A stretch of DNA of 63,996 nt, filler included, from Asterionella formosa (Eukaryota): NCBI GenBank assembly GCA_002256025.1. It is 18 parts of 18 records of this genome, joined end to end, with 100 filler letters (N's around TTAATTAATTAA, not from the genome) between each part and the next. Parts side by side here need not be neighbours in the genome. Positions count along the whole stretch, not along the records: positions 20,992 to 41,876 come from NKIB01003209.1; 17 more parts are not named here. One strand, 5' to 3'. Below, piece after piece: positions 24,406-36,918 of this stretch. The position numbers and the translations under genes are program-made. Each line of letters starts with the position of its first letter. Position 1 is the first letter of the stretch. Under the pieces are notes generated by a model. That model ran no database searches. It was not told the DNA's origin and saw only the letters and a program-made list of their open reading frames with translations.

Positions 24406-25452
24406 AACTTTTGTCTGAATTTTTCTTCCACAAGGAATTTTGATGTTTTCCTTTTTGAATCTCTGATTTTCACTCAAAGCTGCTGTTGTTCTTTCGGAGA
24501 CGTAGTTTCCGCTCCCTCTTTTGCAACCTACCATTTTTCGCAGACATGTCATTTGTTTCATGTTTTTCATTAGTTTGACACAAGTTGAGATTCGTTCCCC
24601 TACTCTCAAGCTGATTGCTTTGGCCCACGCAACGGATTATTACTTGCCGGAGACACAGGATACTGACTCATTCATTGAATTTTCTATAAATATCAATTTT
24701 CCAATCTTTACTGTTGCTATGATAGTTAACTATCCAGTCTAATGCCATGTATTGTTTGTGTGTAGTACCAGGAACCGGTACCGTAAAGTGAGAGTGACTT
24801 TAAGAGATGCTTGTCGCTTGCCAGCGCGCACATTTGATGCCGTACCCGGCAATGTCTACACATGACGATCCATGGCTCCAAGCGGCCAAAGACTGAAAAA
24901 TTCAAATGGCTTTCTTGTGGTGTCGCTCGACAAAAATAAATCAATGCCTGCCTTGGGGTCGACACAAGTTCTCCACTATTTCATACCAGTACTATTTATA
25001 TAATCTATTTTTATGTAGATATATATCGCTTTCGCGACGAGTGATGAAACATAAGATGGCTTGTTTCAGCTTGTCTTTAATTATTTACTTGTTAGACTCA
25101 CATATATTTTTAGACTTGATATTTTAATCTTCTCGTTGAGTCTATGCTCTCTCCCTGTCTCCCCATAGAAAGGTCAGCCTAGTATGCAATAAATCATACT
25201 GCGGCACAGATAAGAGTATGGCAATAGATATAGTTTGTTTGTCACACCATTGCCAGCTGATAAATAATAGTACCGGTAACCAATTTGTTCCATATTGAAT
25301 GGCGTATATGAAGCAAACTGTTGGTCAAGAATCCGAATGCCACTATTGTCTAAAGTATGTATGAAAGTGTCGACGATAACATGTCTCCCGCTATTACCAA
25401 AAGCATATCTATTCTATTCTAGTATGTAGGTGAACATCAACCCTTGCCTAAA

Positions 25453-26727
25453 TTATCGCCCTAAAACTGGCGCACCACTAAACCATTTTCTAATGGTGTA
25501 TACTTGAAATCCCGTAACTAGCATGAATAGAATAGTTTGGAGCAAATTGCTGAGCACCATGCGAGAATGCGAATGCTCATTGGTTGCAGCATGGATGACG
25601 ATGCGATGACGCTCAGCCTGTTGCTTGGTCTGAATCTCTGTCAAGAGACGACGAAGATTCCGCAACATTTCTCTGGTCTTTTCAAAGTCCTTTTCATCAA
25701 TGCCTTTTTCATCTGCCGCCTTGTCTGCAGTCAAAAGTCTTTCTTCTGCTAGAGATGCCTGCTTTTCATATGTCAGGACATGCCCAGTGTCCGGGTCCAA
25801 TGTGCCATCACTTTCTTTCCGCATTTCAATTTCGGCAACGATCTTGTTTGGCAACAACAAATTTTTGAGTAAGAAATGAAAGATTCAACAAATGTAGTAT
25901 TTCCAGCGCCAAGGCGGGAGTTCCATTTTTATTTTCTCACCTGGTACCACGTCCCTTTCACACACGCTCGATACCAGCCAGGCGATTCCGCTTTAAAGGT
26001 GGCCTCAAATGGTTCCCCTTCCTCTCTCACTTTCTTATGCGTTTCTTCTCTAATTTGCTCTCTTCGTTTTCTAGCCTCCCGAGCTCTGGCATGAGCCAAC
26101 TGCGCACGACGACGACGCTCTTCTAATTTAATTTGAAAATCCGTACTGTTCATGTCCATCCCTTCAATCGTATCATCTCCTTCATTGGTATCGAGATCGT
26201 CATCATCTTCTTCCAGCAACAATGCACTATGGGCTTGCAAATGTTCAAAGTCCACTACATCTTGTACAAACTGATGCACTCCATAGTCATGGTTCCCAGT
26301 ATATGCATCCATCGCACGTTGTAATTCAGCACCAGTCTTGACGCTCATGGGTGCTACAGGTCCCTCCATGGTCATGGTGGCTCGAAGTTCAGCTCCAGAC
26401 AAGATGAAAACACTCATTGTTACAGATTCCCTGTACAATGGAAAATGTAGGAGCCAGTGTGTGGGTTAGATTCTCTCCTATTCTAGCATTAGGTGTATAG
26501 TTGCAGCTGCAGCATCAATGATGCAGCAACAAGACGACGTATCAACAAGCCAGTAAACAAACAATATAACAGCGACAGCAACAACATGTCATAACTTACC
26601 CCTTCTCGAGAGTGTCGTACAGACATTCAACTCCTCGCTGATTAATGGTAAATTGCATCGGCATAGCAGACGCCATTGCCACAGCCATCAAAAGCCTAAC
26701 GACTGCCATAGTAAAGGAACTCAACAT
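25453..26727 (-). CDS. p24/emp24/gp25L (GOLD) family cargo receptor, 3 exons
   Basis: Exons 26727-26600, 26430-25941, 25842-25453 join in frame across GT-AG introns. Signal peptide, GOLD cysteines (VECLYD and GWYRAC), coiled coil, and C-terminal TNEHSHSRMVLSNLLQTILFMLVTGFQVYTIRKWF. Confidence 0.88.
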
Positions 26728-27877
26728 ACAAGGAGTACGACGAGAGACGACAAGAACGAAGAGGAATGCTGGACAATTATGTTATTGTCGCTGCCGCCGA
26801 TAAAATTTTCAACTGAACAACAAAAATTAAATATGGATGATCATTGCGTCTTGCGAAATTACCGGTATACATATACACTACGGAACCTGCCTTGTAATAC
26901 GGTATATATACTAGAAGTAAAATATATATTAAAATGATTCCATGTACCGGGTAGTTCTTTGTATACCGGTACCAGTATGTACCCCTATGAATATGTGGAC
27001 TCAATCAGTCCAATCGTCCATACCGGTATTAGCCAAATGTCCTGTAAACGCCAAATACCTGTTCTACTGGTAGTTCCTAGCACATCTTATATTTGCTAGA
27101 CCTATTATTTTGTTAAATTCTTCTGCAGTCTGACTGCTATGCTAGCTCTTTCTAGACAAGCTCAGTGTGCTAAGACCTTTTGTTCTAGTCCCACGTTATT
27201 GCAAGCTTATTTGATCTATATTATAATTGTTCATTTGACCAATTACTAAGGTTCTCTTCCCAAATTTGTATATTGATATTCATTGTTCAGTTAGACATTC
27301 AACTCTCAACTGACAACTCAACTCCACTTACTTAGTAGAACAATTGCGAATATTCGATGCTATCTGAATTGCATATATACCTTTCCTTCAGTGAAATATT
27401 GATTGCTTAGAACATTCTCCATTCGCATATTTATCATGGTTTGCTGATATAGTTCTTGGCAATCAATGCTGTTCAAATTCTCACAACAATTCAATACAGG
27501 ATTTTGGCTGGAATGTTATTCAAGATTTTTAGTTTGACTGAACTAATTTACATGCAGTACTAAATCTCAACATTATATTAGGCAAACATTTCAAGAACCG
27601 ATATGATAGCACCAGTTCCACTCATTTACACTATTAGAGTCCATGTCCACAATTTGTTCCCATAGCACATTGTTATTGTCCTAAACAATGATGGATGAAG
27701 TAGACCTGATCAGTACAATGTGTACAAGGTGCTGTCTTGAATAGTGTGCTAACCAACTGTAGACTATTATTGACTACTAGCTACCGGAGTACCAGGCAGT
27801 AAAATTCGTTGAAACTGGACGTTTCTAAATATCTGATACTTTCCGTATGTTCCAAAACAACAAGCCATGTGCGCTCA

Positions 27878-28198
27878 TCATGCCGAAATAAACGAACAAA
27901 TGTATTGACAGGGTTCGCCATCGGCAACAGTAATGGTAAAGCCACTGTTGGCTCCCACTGAAAAGGAAGATCCCTCTGCCACAGAGATGACCTCGGTTGT
28001 TCCATCCAAGACATATGAACAAGATCCCGCAGTAATTTCCATAAGCTCCGCCAACTCTGTTCCAAAGTGATATTCGCCAGGGAGAATGACCCCAAAGGAC
28101 TTTTTTTCTCCCGTGGGAAGGAGAATCACATGAGAAATCACTTTCCCATTGAAATAAACATTTCCCTTGGCAAGAGCAGTCACGTTTTCAAATTGCAT
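27878..28198 (-). CDS. ppnP: Pyrimidine/purine nucleoside phosphorylase PpnP/YaiE (DUF1255, cupin-like), bacterial type
   Basis: 106-aa intronless ORF with the family pattern along its full length: KGNVYFNGKVISH, GEKKSFGVILPGEYHFGT..AELMEITAGSC, F.V.ANSGF, QYICSF. Confidence 0.9.
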   Translation of the reverse strand: MQFENVTALAKGNVYFNGKVISHVILLPTGEKKSFGVILPGEYHFGTELAELMEITAGSCSYVLDGTTEVISVAEGSSFSVGANSGFTITVADGEPCQYICSFISA

Positions 28199-28473
28199 GA
28201 TGGAGGTTTATATGGATGGGGGAATGACGGTAGTGGTGTTTGATGACAAGGATATGAAAAGATTGTGACGCTGAATGAATATGTAGGATAAAATCACACA
28301 TACCGGTAGCGGAAAGATAGGATGGATGCGGCATCGTCTCAGTGAACCTGGTACCTGGTAGTAGAAGTATACACTGGTAACTGATGTTGCATCCATCTTG
28401 AGTAAGTTGGCGGTATTCCACTACCGGTATTCAGGGATACATGGTACTGAGTACCAGGTACCCTTGTACCAGG

Positions 28474-28585
28474 TACCAGCAAGTTGCGGACATGTTGCTT
28501 AAATAAATAATTTAATTTTCAGGATAAAGTAAGCTAAATAAAGCGTTATGTAGGTTCTGGAAAATCAAAGCAACTTGCACAGGTA
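28474..28585. mobile_element. TA-flanked inverted-repeat element, same family as 9914-9965
   Basis: TA-CCAGCAAGTTGC (28474-28487), an AT-rich core, then GCAACTTGCacAGG-TA (28570-28585). Confidence 0.55.
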
Positions 28586-28850
28586 CCAGGTGCCGGTATG
28601 GTACCTGAAAAGCTTTTTTGTGGTCGTCCTACTTGTAATTCAGTAGGAGCTGGAAATAAACACAACAAATATACATTTCAAAAACAGCAATGGGCTATAT
28701 TTGCTAAATATTGTTATGATCATCATCATTCATCCGCTATTGTTCACCTTCGAATTCCATACTCCCAATCAAGCAATCTAAGAAACTAACGAACGAGCAA
28801 CGAAACGATCGAACAAACGAACAACGAAACGATCGATCCATCACAAAAGC

Positions 28851-31800
28851 ATGGGAAAAACAGAAAAGAAACCACTAACGGCGGTCGAAAAACTACAGGC
28901 TCTGAATTTAGTCTCTCGAGTGACAGCCATTTTATCAGAAACGTTGGGACTTAAGGATAAAACGGTATCTGAATTTGTTATTTCCTTGGCAGAAACTGAA
29001 TTGCGTGCCGCTATCAAGCAAGGTACGATAGCAACAGCGAATGCTATGCCATCGTTGGAGGTGGCACAATCGCTTCGAACCAAATTGATGGACTTGGGAG
29101 TGACGACTGACATGCCATTGTCGTCCATTCAGCATATTTTACAACTGGTGACGGAATCCAGCCCGAAAATAGCAAGATCGATAGACACCTTGAAGATGAA
29201 GCAGCAAGCATTAAAAGCTCAGGGTACTTCCGGTAGTACATCATCATTAAGGATGGCTGAATCAGAACTTGCTAAATCGTTTCCTGGGTTGGCTGCTCCG
29301 AATTTAGAGCACTCGGTGGCTTTGGAAGATGGATTCTATGAACATTCAAAAAATGAACTGGAACAGCAAAAGATTGGGGAATCCAGCCAACGTAGGGGTA
29401 TTTCGAATGTGCCGGCATGGATGACCAACAAGGATACACAAGGTACGACGACTACCAACAACAAACGACCTAGGGACTCGGAACCCATGTTGCATGAAAT
29501 TTATAGGGGGAAAATCAGCAAAATATTAGAGTTTGGTATCATTGTGGACTTGCCAGAATTTGAAAAAGATGGAGTGGTGTACAATGCGGCCATTTCGAAG
29601 CAACGTATAACCCATGCGTCGGATGCTGGCTTCAAAAGAGGAAACGATGTGTGGGTCAAAGTCATATCCATGAGAAATGGGAAAATATTACTAAGTATCA
29701 AAGATGCAGACCAAGAGAGCGGGAAGGATTTAATGCCTTACCGTTCGGTGGCTCGAGCCGATATCGGGAATGAGTCATCGTCGAAACCTACGACAGCCAT
29801 TATTCATCCTGGACTTGATGTTGCAGCCTTGAAGAAACGAGAAGACGACGAACAAGTTCGCACATCTCAGCTTCAAAGCGGAAATCACTATGGTCCGCAA
29901 CGGGGAGATCCAGCATCAAGGAACGATGCCGGACCCACAGTCAGGCGTACGAAGCAATTGACAGAGCAAGAGCTATTTGAAGCACAGCAGCTCATTCGCT
30001 CTGGAGTGTTACCAGTTGAACAATATCCAACATTTGACTCGGAAGGTGGCTTGGGGATGCTAGCTGTTGAGCAGACGGAGGAAGAAACCGACGTTGAACT
30101 TGCGGAAGTGGAACCAGCATTTTTGAAAGGACAGACTAGGCGAAGTGGGCGTGATTTGGAGCCCATCAAGATCGTCAAGAACCCAGACGGTTCCATGCAA
30201 CGTGCAGCAATGCAGCAAGCAGCTTTGTCCAAGGAAAGAAGAGAGCTACGGCAAGCTCAAACAAATCAGCTTATTGACTCAATTCCCAAGGACTTGAATC
30301 GACCATGGGAAGATCCTCTCCCAGAAGCTGGCGAACGTCATTTCGCTCAAGAATTAAGAAGTATCAATATGAGTTCCTTCGAAGGGGCACCCGAATGGAA
30401 ACAAAAGGCAGAAAGCAAGACCCTTTCCTATGGAATTATTTCCAATAAGAGCATCACGGAGCAAAGAAAGACTTTGCCGATTGCCAAGTTAAAGAATGAG
30501 CTAATGGGAGCCATTGTTAATAATCAAGTATTAGTCGTCATTGGTGAAACAGGTTCTGGCAAGGTGAGAAAAACTTTGTTGCAATGGCATCGTTTCCATT
30601 GAATATTGTTAGCAAAATACTAACAAATCCTTGTTGTTACTTTGCTTCAGACTACACAAATGACACAATATATGGCTGAACTTGGGTTTGCAAAGACGGG
30701 AATGATTGGATGTACACAACCAAGACGTGTCGCTGCAGTGAGTGTAGCGAAACGCGTCTCAGAAGAGTATGGTTGTGCTCTAGGAGAGCAAGTTGGTTAT
30801 TCTATTCGTTTTGAAGATGTCACGTCCAAAGAGACTATTATAAAATACATGACCGATGGTATGCTGATGAGGGAATATCTTGCTGACAATGACTTGAATC
30901 GATATTCAGCATTGATGTTGGACGAAGGTGAGTGAATACTGCAATAAGATACAACAAGCTTTATGATTACAGCGACTGGCGACATGATACTCACAAAAGC
31001 CTCTCGATACAATATTGATTTGTAAGCCCACGAACGGACTATTCACACTGATGTTTTATTTGGACTGTTAAAAGATTTATGTCGTCGTCGCCCAAGTTTG
31101 AAGATTATTGTGACAAGTGCCACTTTGGACGCAGAGAAGTTCTCGACCTACTTTTTTAAGTGTCCGATCTTCACAATTCCAGGAAGGACCTTTCCTGTCG
31201 AAATCTTGTACACAAAAGAACCTGAAAGTGACTATCTCGATGCCGCCATGATTACTGTAATGCAAATCCATCTCTCTGAGCCTGCAGGGGATATTCTTGT
31301 CTTCTTGACAGGACAAGAAGAGATTGACACTTGCTGTGAAACTTTGTTCACCCGTATGCAAGCGTTGGGGGATCTCGCTCCAGAGCTCATTGTTCTGCCA
31401 GTATATTCGTCCCTGCCTTCCGAAATGCAATCCCGAATCTTTGAGCCTGCTCCGCTTGGCGCCCGAAAGTGTGTGGTTGCTACTAACATTGCTGAAGCGT
31501 CACTTACTATAGATGGAGTGTTCTATGTTATTGACCCTGGTATGGCAAAGGTAAAGGCTTTCAACCCAAAGCTAGGTATGGATTCCCTGATTGTCACGCC
31601 AATTTCTCAAGCTTCGGCGAGACAACGCGCAGGTCGTGCAGGTAGAACCGGACCAGGAAAATGCTACCGACTCTATACGGAACAAGCATACAAGATGGAA
31701 ATGCTTCCAACCAATATTCCTGAAATTCAGCGAACAAATCTGGGCAACGTTGTACTTCAAATGAAAGCAATGGGAATCAACGACTTGATTGGTTTTGATT

Positions 31801-32624
31801 TTATGGATCCTCCCCCAGTAGCTACGTTGGTTGGAGCCATGGAGTCATTGTATGCGCTTGGTGCCCTTGATGACGAGGGATTGCTGACCAGATTAGGCAG
31901 AAAGATGGCAGAATTTCCGTTGGAGCCTAACTTATCAAAAATGTTAATTCTTTCCGTTGATCTTGGATGCTCAGACGAAATTCTCACTATAACATCAATG
32001 CTCAGTGTTGAAAACCCATTCTACCGTCCCCGCGACAAGCAAGCTCAAGCTGACATGAGGAAAGCAAAGTTTCACCAAGCAGAAGGTGATCACCTAACGC
32101 TACTAACCGTCTACAAAGGTTGGGAAGCTGCCAAATTCTCCAATCCTTGGTGTTTTGAGAACTTTGTACAAGCGCGGAGTATGCGACGAGCCCAAGACGT
32201 GAGGAAGCAATTAGTTACTATCATGGACAGATATAAACTTGACTTGACAAGTGCTGGGAAAAACTACAAGATAATTTGCAAAGCAATTGTTGCTGGTTTC
32301 TTCACCAATGCTGCAAAGAAGGATCCGCAAGAGGGATATCGTACCCTTGTTGATCAAAATCCGGTCTACATTCATCCTTCTTCGGCTGTCTTCAACAAAA
32401 ATCCCGAATTCGTAATCTACCATGAATTGGTTCTCACTTCGAAGGAGTACATGCGAAATATTTTAGTGATTGATGCAAAGTGGTTGATCGAGCTCGCCCC
32501 CGCTTTTTACAAATCTGCCGATCCAAACAAAATTTCCAGGGCTAAGCGCAAAGAGAAAATTGAGCCCCTCTTTGACCGATTCAATCCCAAGGATTCTTGG
32601 CGGCTCTCCAGGCGAAAGGGCTAG
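28851..32624 (+). CDS. PRP22: Pre-mRNA splicing DEAH-box RNA helicase PRP22/DHX8, 3 exons
   Basis: Exons 28851-30563, 30651-30927, 31027-32624. S1 domain, [22 protein letters not shown] formed across intron 2, [13 protein letters not shown]2 region, and the PRP22-type [12 protein letters not shown] motif. Confidence 0.96.
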
Positions 32625-33265
32625 TAATTTTCTCACATGACTCAAATAGATGCCTATGGGTGAGTAGTACATAAATAGCCGCCAGAAGGAGCTGCAAATC
32701 GCCAGAAAGAGCTCCGTGAGTGGTATGAAAAGCACTCCGATGTCTTGTGTCTGCTGTAGTGTCATGAAACAGAGTTCATGTCGTGCGAAATAATGGAAGG
32801 ACAGGTAGTGATTTGTGCACGTGTGAGAAAACTTAAAATCATCATTAACAAAAATATTGTTAATTTAATAACATGATGTTGTTGGCTTAGCCTGTGTCGG
32901 CAATTATTATGCACCATAGTTACAGCATATTTACAGATACCGGTAGTCAGCTCATAGTGCAACTTGGATTAATGTGTCGGACTGGATGGTCAAATATTAT
33001 ACCCTGTTAGGAGCACGAACACTCTCCTCTGCATAGGGGGGAAGTCCAAATATACAAAAAGTGAAGTGAACCCTTTGCTCTCGCACGCTTCGTGAATCGA
33101 CGATTGGAGTGATGTAATGAGTTTCCCCAATTAGTATCTGACCATGATGGTCTTCAAACATTAATTTGAAACGTCAACCATTCAATAGGGCTCCTGATTC
33201 TCCATCACTAGAATCTATTGACGTTAGCTACCGATGGAATGAAAACTGACACCATTGATTATACG

Positions 33266-35827
33266 CTAAAAGTCTACATCAACCATAGAATCAAGTTCGT
33301 CCGTTTGGCAAAACTTAACGGCTGCCTTCAAGTTCGCACGAAACTTTGACTTCTTCTTGTTTTTTGGGCTGGACTTTAAAGTCTTGAGAAAGAAAACAGA
33401 TAAGCTCTCCTTCATACCTTCCGAGTCTCTGTGGTGTTCAGCCACTTCGCTGGTGGCTCCTTTGGAATCGCCAATTCTTCGACGCGGAAGACTGCGGTCG
33501 AAAATCTGTTGAATTTCAAATGGGTCGTCAAAACTTTCAAACATTGTAGAAAAGAAAACAGTAAGAAAAATCATAGCCGGCTCTTCCATAGTATTCGGAG
33601 CCATATCAATGACTTTCAGGACTGTGAGCCGCAAGCTGTTGTGAACTACCACCAGATGGTATAATAACTTGGCAAGGTTGGCGGCCTTTCGTAGCTTGAC
33701 TTCTTCAAACTGTTTGAATACATCCCAGAAAGCCAGCTGAAAAGTGAACTTGCACTGGGGTTGATAGTCACAGATTCGAGCAGCCAGATGAGAGTAGAAG
33801 GGATTGTACGTGGTTTCGTTGCCGCAGCATTCCATGAGAACACGAACAGTTTCTCTCTCAGTCCTGTTCGTCAGCATACTCATACGCACCAACTTTTCAA
33901 ATGCATCGTCACAGTCGGCACTTCCCATCACGATACAAAAAGCAGACCGTCGAGAATCAGTATTCATTCGATATTTCGACGCTAGCTTCAGAAGCTCTTC
34001 CTCGTCGGCTGTGTCCTTCTGGTCACGACTCATTTCTTCGCTCCGGTCGCCACTTTCGTCCTTGTTGTCATCGGCGTCGTCACCATCATGATGCGTATAT
34101 TGGTTCCCAACCCACGAAGCCCCAACCTTCCACCAGCGACCCTTGCTCTCTACACTCAAAATATCCTCCAGAGAGATACGCAAGCAAGAGTCTGCGGCCC
34201 TAGATATCCCAGCCGAAGCCGCGCTGGACTTGATTCGACCAATCTGCTTTCGGAGTTTGGCAGTTTTTTCACTAAATACCGTGTCTTGCTTTCTTTTTTT
34301 ATTATTCTTCAAATCCGTCATTGCCGAAATCATGTAACCCAACCGTGAGGATGTGGGACGTCCCTGATTTGTGTCTTCTTGCGTTCGTTTTTGCACCATC
34401 AAGACAATCTCCTTCAAAGATGATGGATCGTCAGAACGGAGGGAATGACCACAGTGACTCAGCGTTAGTAGAAGGAGTTCCACATCGAGCTCGGAGAAGT
34501 GATTGATAAAGTGCCGAATCACGTCATACATGAAAGTGGAATGAACCATGCTGTAATTGTATAAATAGCAAAGTACCAGCATTAGGTTACAAACTTGCTT
34601 ATTGACTTCCACATCGCTTGGAGTGACGGCAGCATCATGGCTTGATGATAGTCGCGATGATTGCAATTCACTCCATAATTTCGTTACAACATGTTCTATC
34701 AAGAATCCACCAAGTTGTACAGTGTCACCTGTCTGAACATGCACACCCACCAGACACGCGACGTACACGGGTATCATTCCAGTCATGAGAGTCGGACGAT
34801 CCACTGAAGCATTAAAAACATTCGTCCACAAGCACTCATTGACATCTGATGTGGCATGCAATGGATAGAGGCCAGTGACGGACTGAGCCACGGAGATGAG
34901 AGTATCTTCCGAGAGTCGATTCAAAGCATTGTTGAGAGATCGCTGCAACCCTCTAAGTTTCTCCTTTCGGTCTTGATTATCCTGTTGGTTGTTTCTCAAA
35001 TGTGGGGGAACATACTTCTTTGTCTGTGTAGCTGCTTTATTATTATCGATTTTGTTGCCATAAATATCTTCACCAACGGTTGGTCGATAAATGTGAGTGA
35101 CATCGTGATCGGGCTCTGCATTTGATGCATCTCCCTTAATTGGTTCGCCAACTTCAGAAGCGTCGTCATCCACTGAACTACGATCCATTTGTTGAAGCGT
35201 GGGAATATCATCATCGTCACTACTTTGTTCGTGTTCCATGCTCCCCTCGTCACTTAATTCGGCGACGACGCTCTCGTCGTCATTATCAAAATCCTGTGCG
35301 TCCATTGGTCCTTTCATAGGGACAAGCTCTTCGTCCTCAGAAGAATCGTCATAGTTGTCCGCAGCGTCGTCGGATGGATCCTCTGCACTTTCACTGTTAT
35401 CCCGATCAGAAATCCCATGAGTCATGAGATGGTCCAGACCGTCCAAAAAGTCACCAAAGTCATCACCAAATCCTTCTAGTTTAGCATATTCTCGATGTAA
35501 GCGCGCTTTTTCCTTACTACCAGCTTTCAATCCCATTTTTTCTTCCAGTTCCGCAATCTCATCATCATCTCGTTTCATCGCAGCTGCCGTTTCAGCATCC
35601 AGGCCGGCATATTTGTTTTTGGACTTGGCTGAACCCTCATCTCGAGCCTGAGGTGCTTGGATTTTGCCAGGTGTCGTTTTGGATGGACGAACCATCACTT
35701 TCTGTTTCTTTTGGACAAGTGGCGGTGGTGGTGCGGACTCGTCATTTGGCTTTCTTTTCTTGGCATGTCTGTCTTCTTTTCGACGAGCCTTGCGGCTTGC
35801 AATGTTGGTGTTTGAGATTTTCGCCAT
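33266..35827 (-). CDS. NOM1: Nucleolar MIF4G/MA3 domain protein NOM1/SGD1
   Basis: ATG at 35827. Basic then acidic N-terminus, KKYVPPHLR, LNRLSEDTL, LRSDDPSSLKEI, KGRWWKVGASW, KYRMNTDSRRSAFCIVM..DCDDAFEKL, YNPFYSHLA. Confidence 0.9.
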   Translation of the reverse strand: MAKISNTNIASRKARRKEDRHAKKRKPNDESAPPPPLVQKKQKVMVRPSKTTPGKIQAPQARDEGSAKSKNKYAGLDAETAAAMKRDDDEIAELEEKMGLKAGSKEKARLHREYAKLEGFGDDFGDFLDGLDHLMTHGISDRDNSESAEDPSDDAADNYDDSSEDEELVPMKGPMDAQDFDNDDESVVAELSDEGSMEHEQSSDDDDIPTLQQMDRSSVDDDASEVGEPIKGDASNAEPDHDVTHIYRPTVGEDIYGNKIDNNKAATQTKKYVPPHLRNNQQDNQDRKEKLRGLQRSLNNALNRLSEDTLISVAQSVTGLYPLHATSDVNECLWTNVFNASVDRPTLMTGMIPVYVACLVGVHVQTGDTVQLGGFLIEHVVTKLWSELQSSRLSSSHDAAVTPSDVEVNKQVCNLMLVLCYLYNYSMVHSTFMYDVIRHFINHFSELDVELLLLTLSHCGHSLRSDDPSSLKEIVLMVQKRTQEDTNQGRPTSSRLGYMISAMTDLKNNKKRKQDTVFSEKTAKLRKQIGRIKSSAASAGISRAADSCLRISLEDILSVESKGRWWKVGASWVGNQYTHHDGDDADDNKDESGDRSEEMSRDQKDTADEEELLKLASKYRMNTDSRRSAFCIVMGSADCDDAFEKLVRMSMLTNRTERETVRVLMECCGNETTYNPFYSHLAARICDYQPQCKFTFQLAFWDVFKQFEEVKLRKAANLAKLLYHLVVVHNSLRLTVLKVIDMAPNTMEEPAMIFLTVFFSTMFESFDDPFEIQQIFDRSLPRRRIGDSKGATSEVAEHHRDSEGMKESLSVFFLKTLKSSPKNKKKSKFRANLKAAVKFCQTDELDSMVDVDF

Positions 35828-36305
35828 GTTCCACAACCTTACCCCGGGTTAACGGGTGTCGAATGATATATCGGTTAATTCTGAGAGGAGAGCAGAAAGA
35901 TCAGATCACTGTTCACAGTACACTCTTGCTTTAATTCTTTATTACCCGTGGTGTCGCATTGAATTTATTCTTTTGTTACATCATTTCTGCAGATTTTAGT
36001 CGATTGGAAGCCAGCATCGTACGTCTGTCCAGCGTCAGCGTTTCGTCCAATGATCGCCTGGGCGGAGCTGGTAAATCGATTCACGAGATTCCAGCTGGAA
36101 TCTTCATATCATGATCATAAAGCGAGTTTGATGCAGACTCACAGCACAGCCATGTTTTTAGTAACCTACTACTACTACCTGGTACCGTGTGTATGAAATA
36201 TGATGTGGAGTACCAGAAAATAGTTGTGTACGTATTTACCGGTATATATCATGTTGAGGATGTTCATATCTCGGAATCTGCTACCGGTAGTTTTCTATTG
36301 ACACC

Positions 36306-36918
36306 ATGAAGCTCTCTGTTCCCCTTGTTGCTCTCTTTGTTGTGGGCACAAATGCCTTTTGTCCTTCTGCCTTTCATCGACCCTCCACATGTTTGAATCT
36401 ATTTGGTGGTGGAAATAAGGATGGCGGAGGTGCCAAGAAACAACCAAATATGATGGATCAATTGGCCATGTTCAAAAAAGCGCAAGAGATTGCTCAAAAG
36501 AAGAAAGATATTGAAAACGAATTAGCAAAGATGGATTACTCGGGATCTGCTGCAGACGGCAAGGTGACTGCGACAATTAAAGTAAGTAATTCACCCCAAA
36601 AAATGACAAAGGATTATACAACATTGAATTATGCTCATGGACCTTCCTTCCTTCCCCTCTTGCAATAATCCACCACGATGTACATAATAGTTTGTCCCTA
36701 GTACCAGCCCTATGGACCCTAACCCAGAGTACGCAGTGAAATCATTTAAATTTGATGAAGCATTTTATGAGGCAGCAACAACGGAAGAATTGAGCCAAGC
36801 TATCACGGACTCGTACCGATCTGGTATTGTGGCTGCCAAGGTAGATTCAGAAGACAAATTCAAGGTGCTAGGAATGGAATTACAAGCCATGATGCAAGGT
36901 ATGGGAGGCCAGAAGTAG
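36306..36918 (+). CDS. Plastid-targeted YbaB/EbfC-like protein, 2 exons
   Basis: Exons 36306-36581 and 36691-36918 join in frame. Signal peptide plus NAF motif. MDQLAMFKKAQEI...ELAKMDYSGSAADGKVTATI and EELSQAITDSY resemble YbaB/EbfC. Confidence 0.75.

Noticed and set aside
774..28198. Functional link between the NTT transporter and ppnP as a nucleotide salvage cluster
   Set aside because: They lie on different contigs, and PpnP has no plastid presequence.
3092..35934. Many short antisense or overlapping ORFs in the ORF track
   Set aside because: They are shadows of well-supported genes on the other strand or frame and have no independent motifs.
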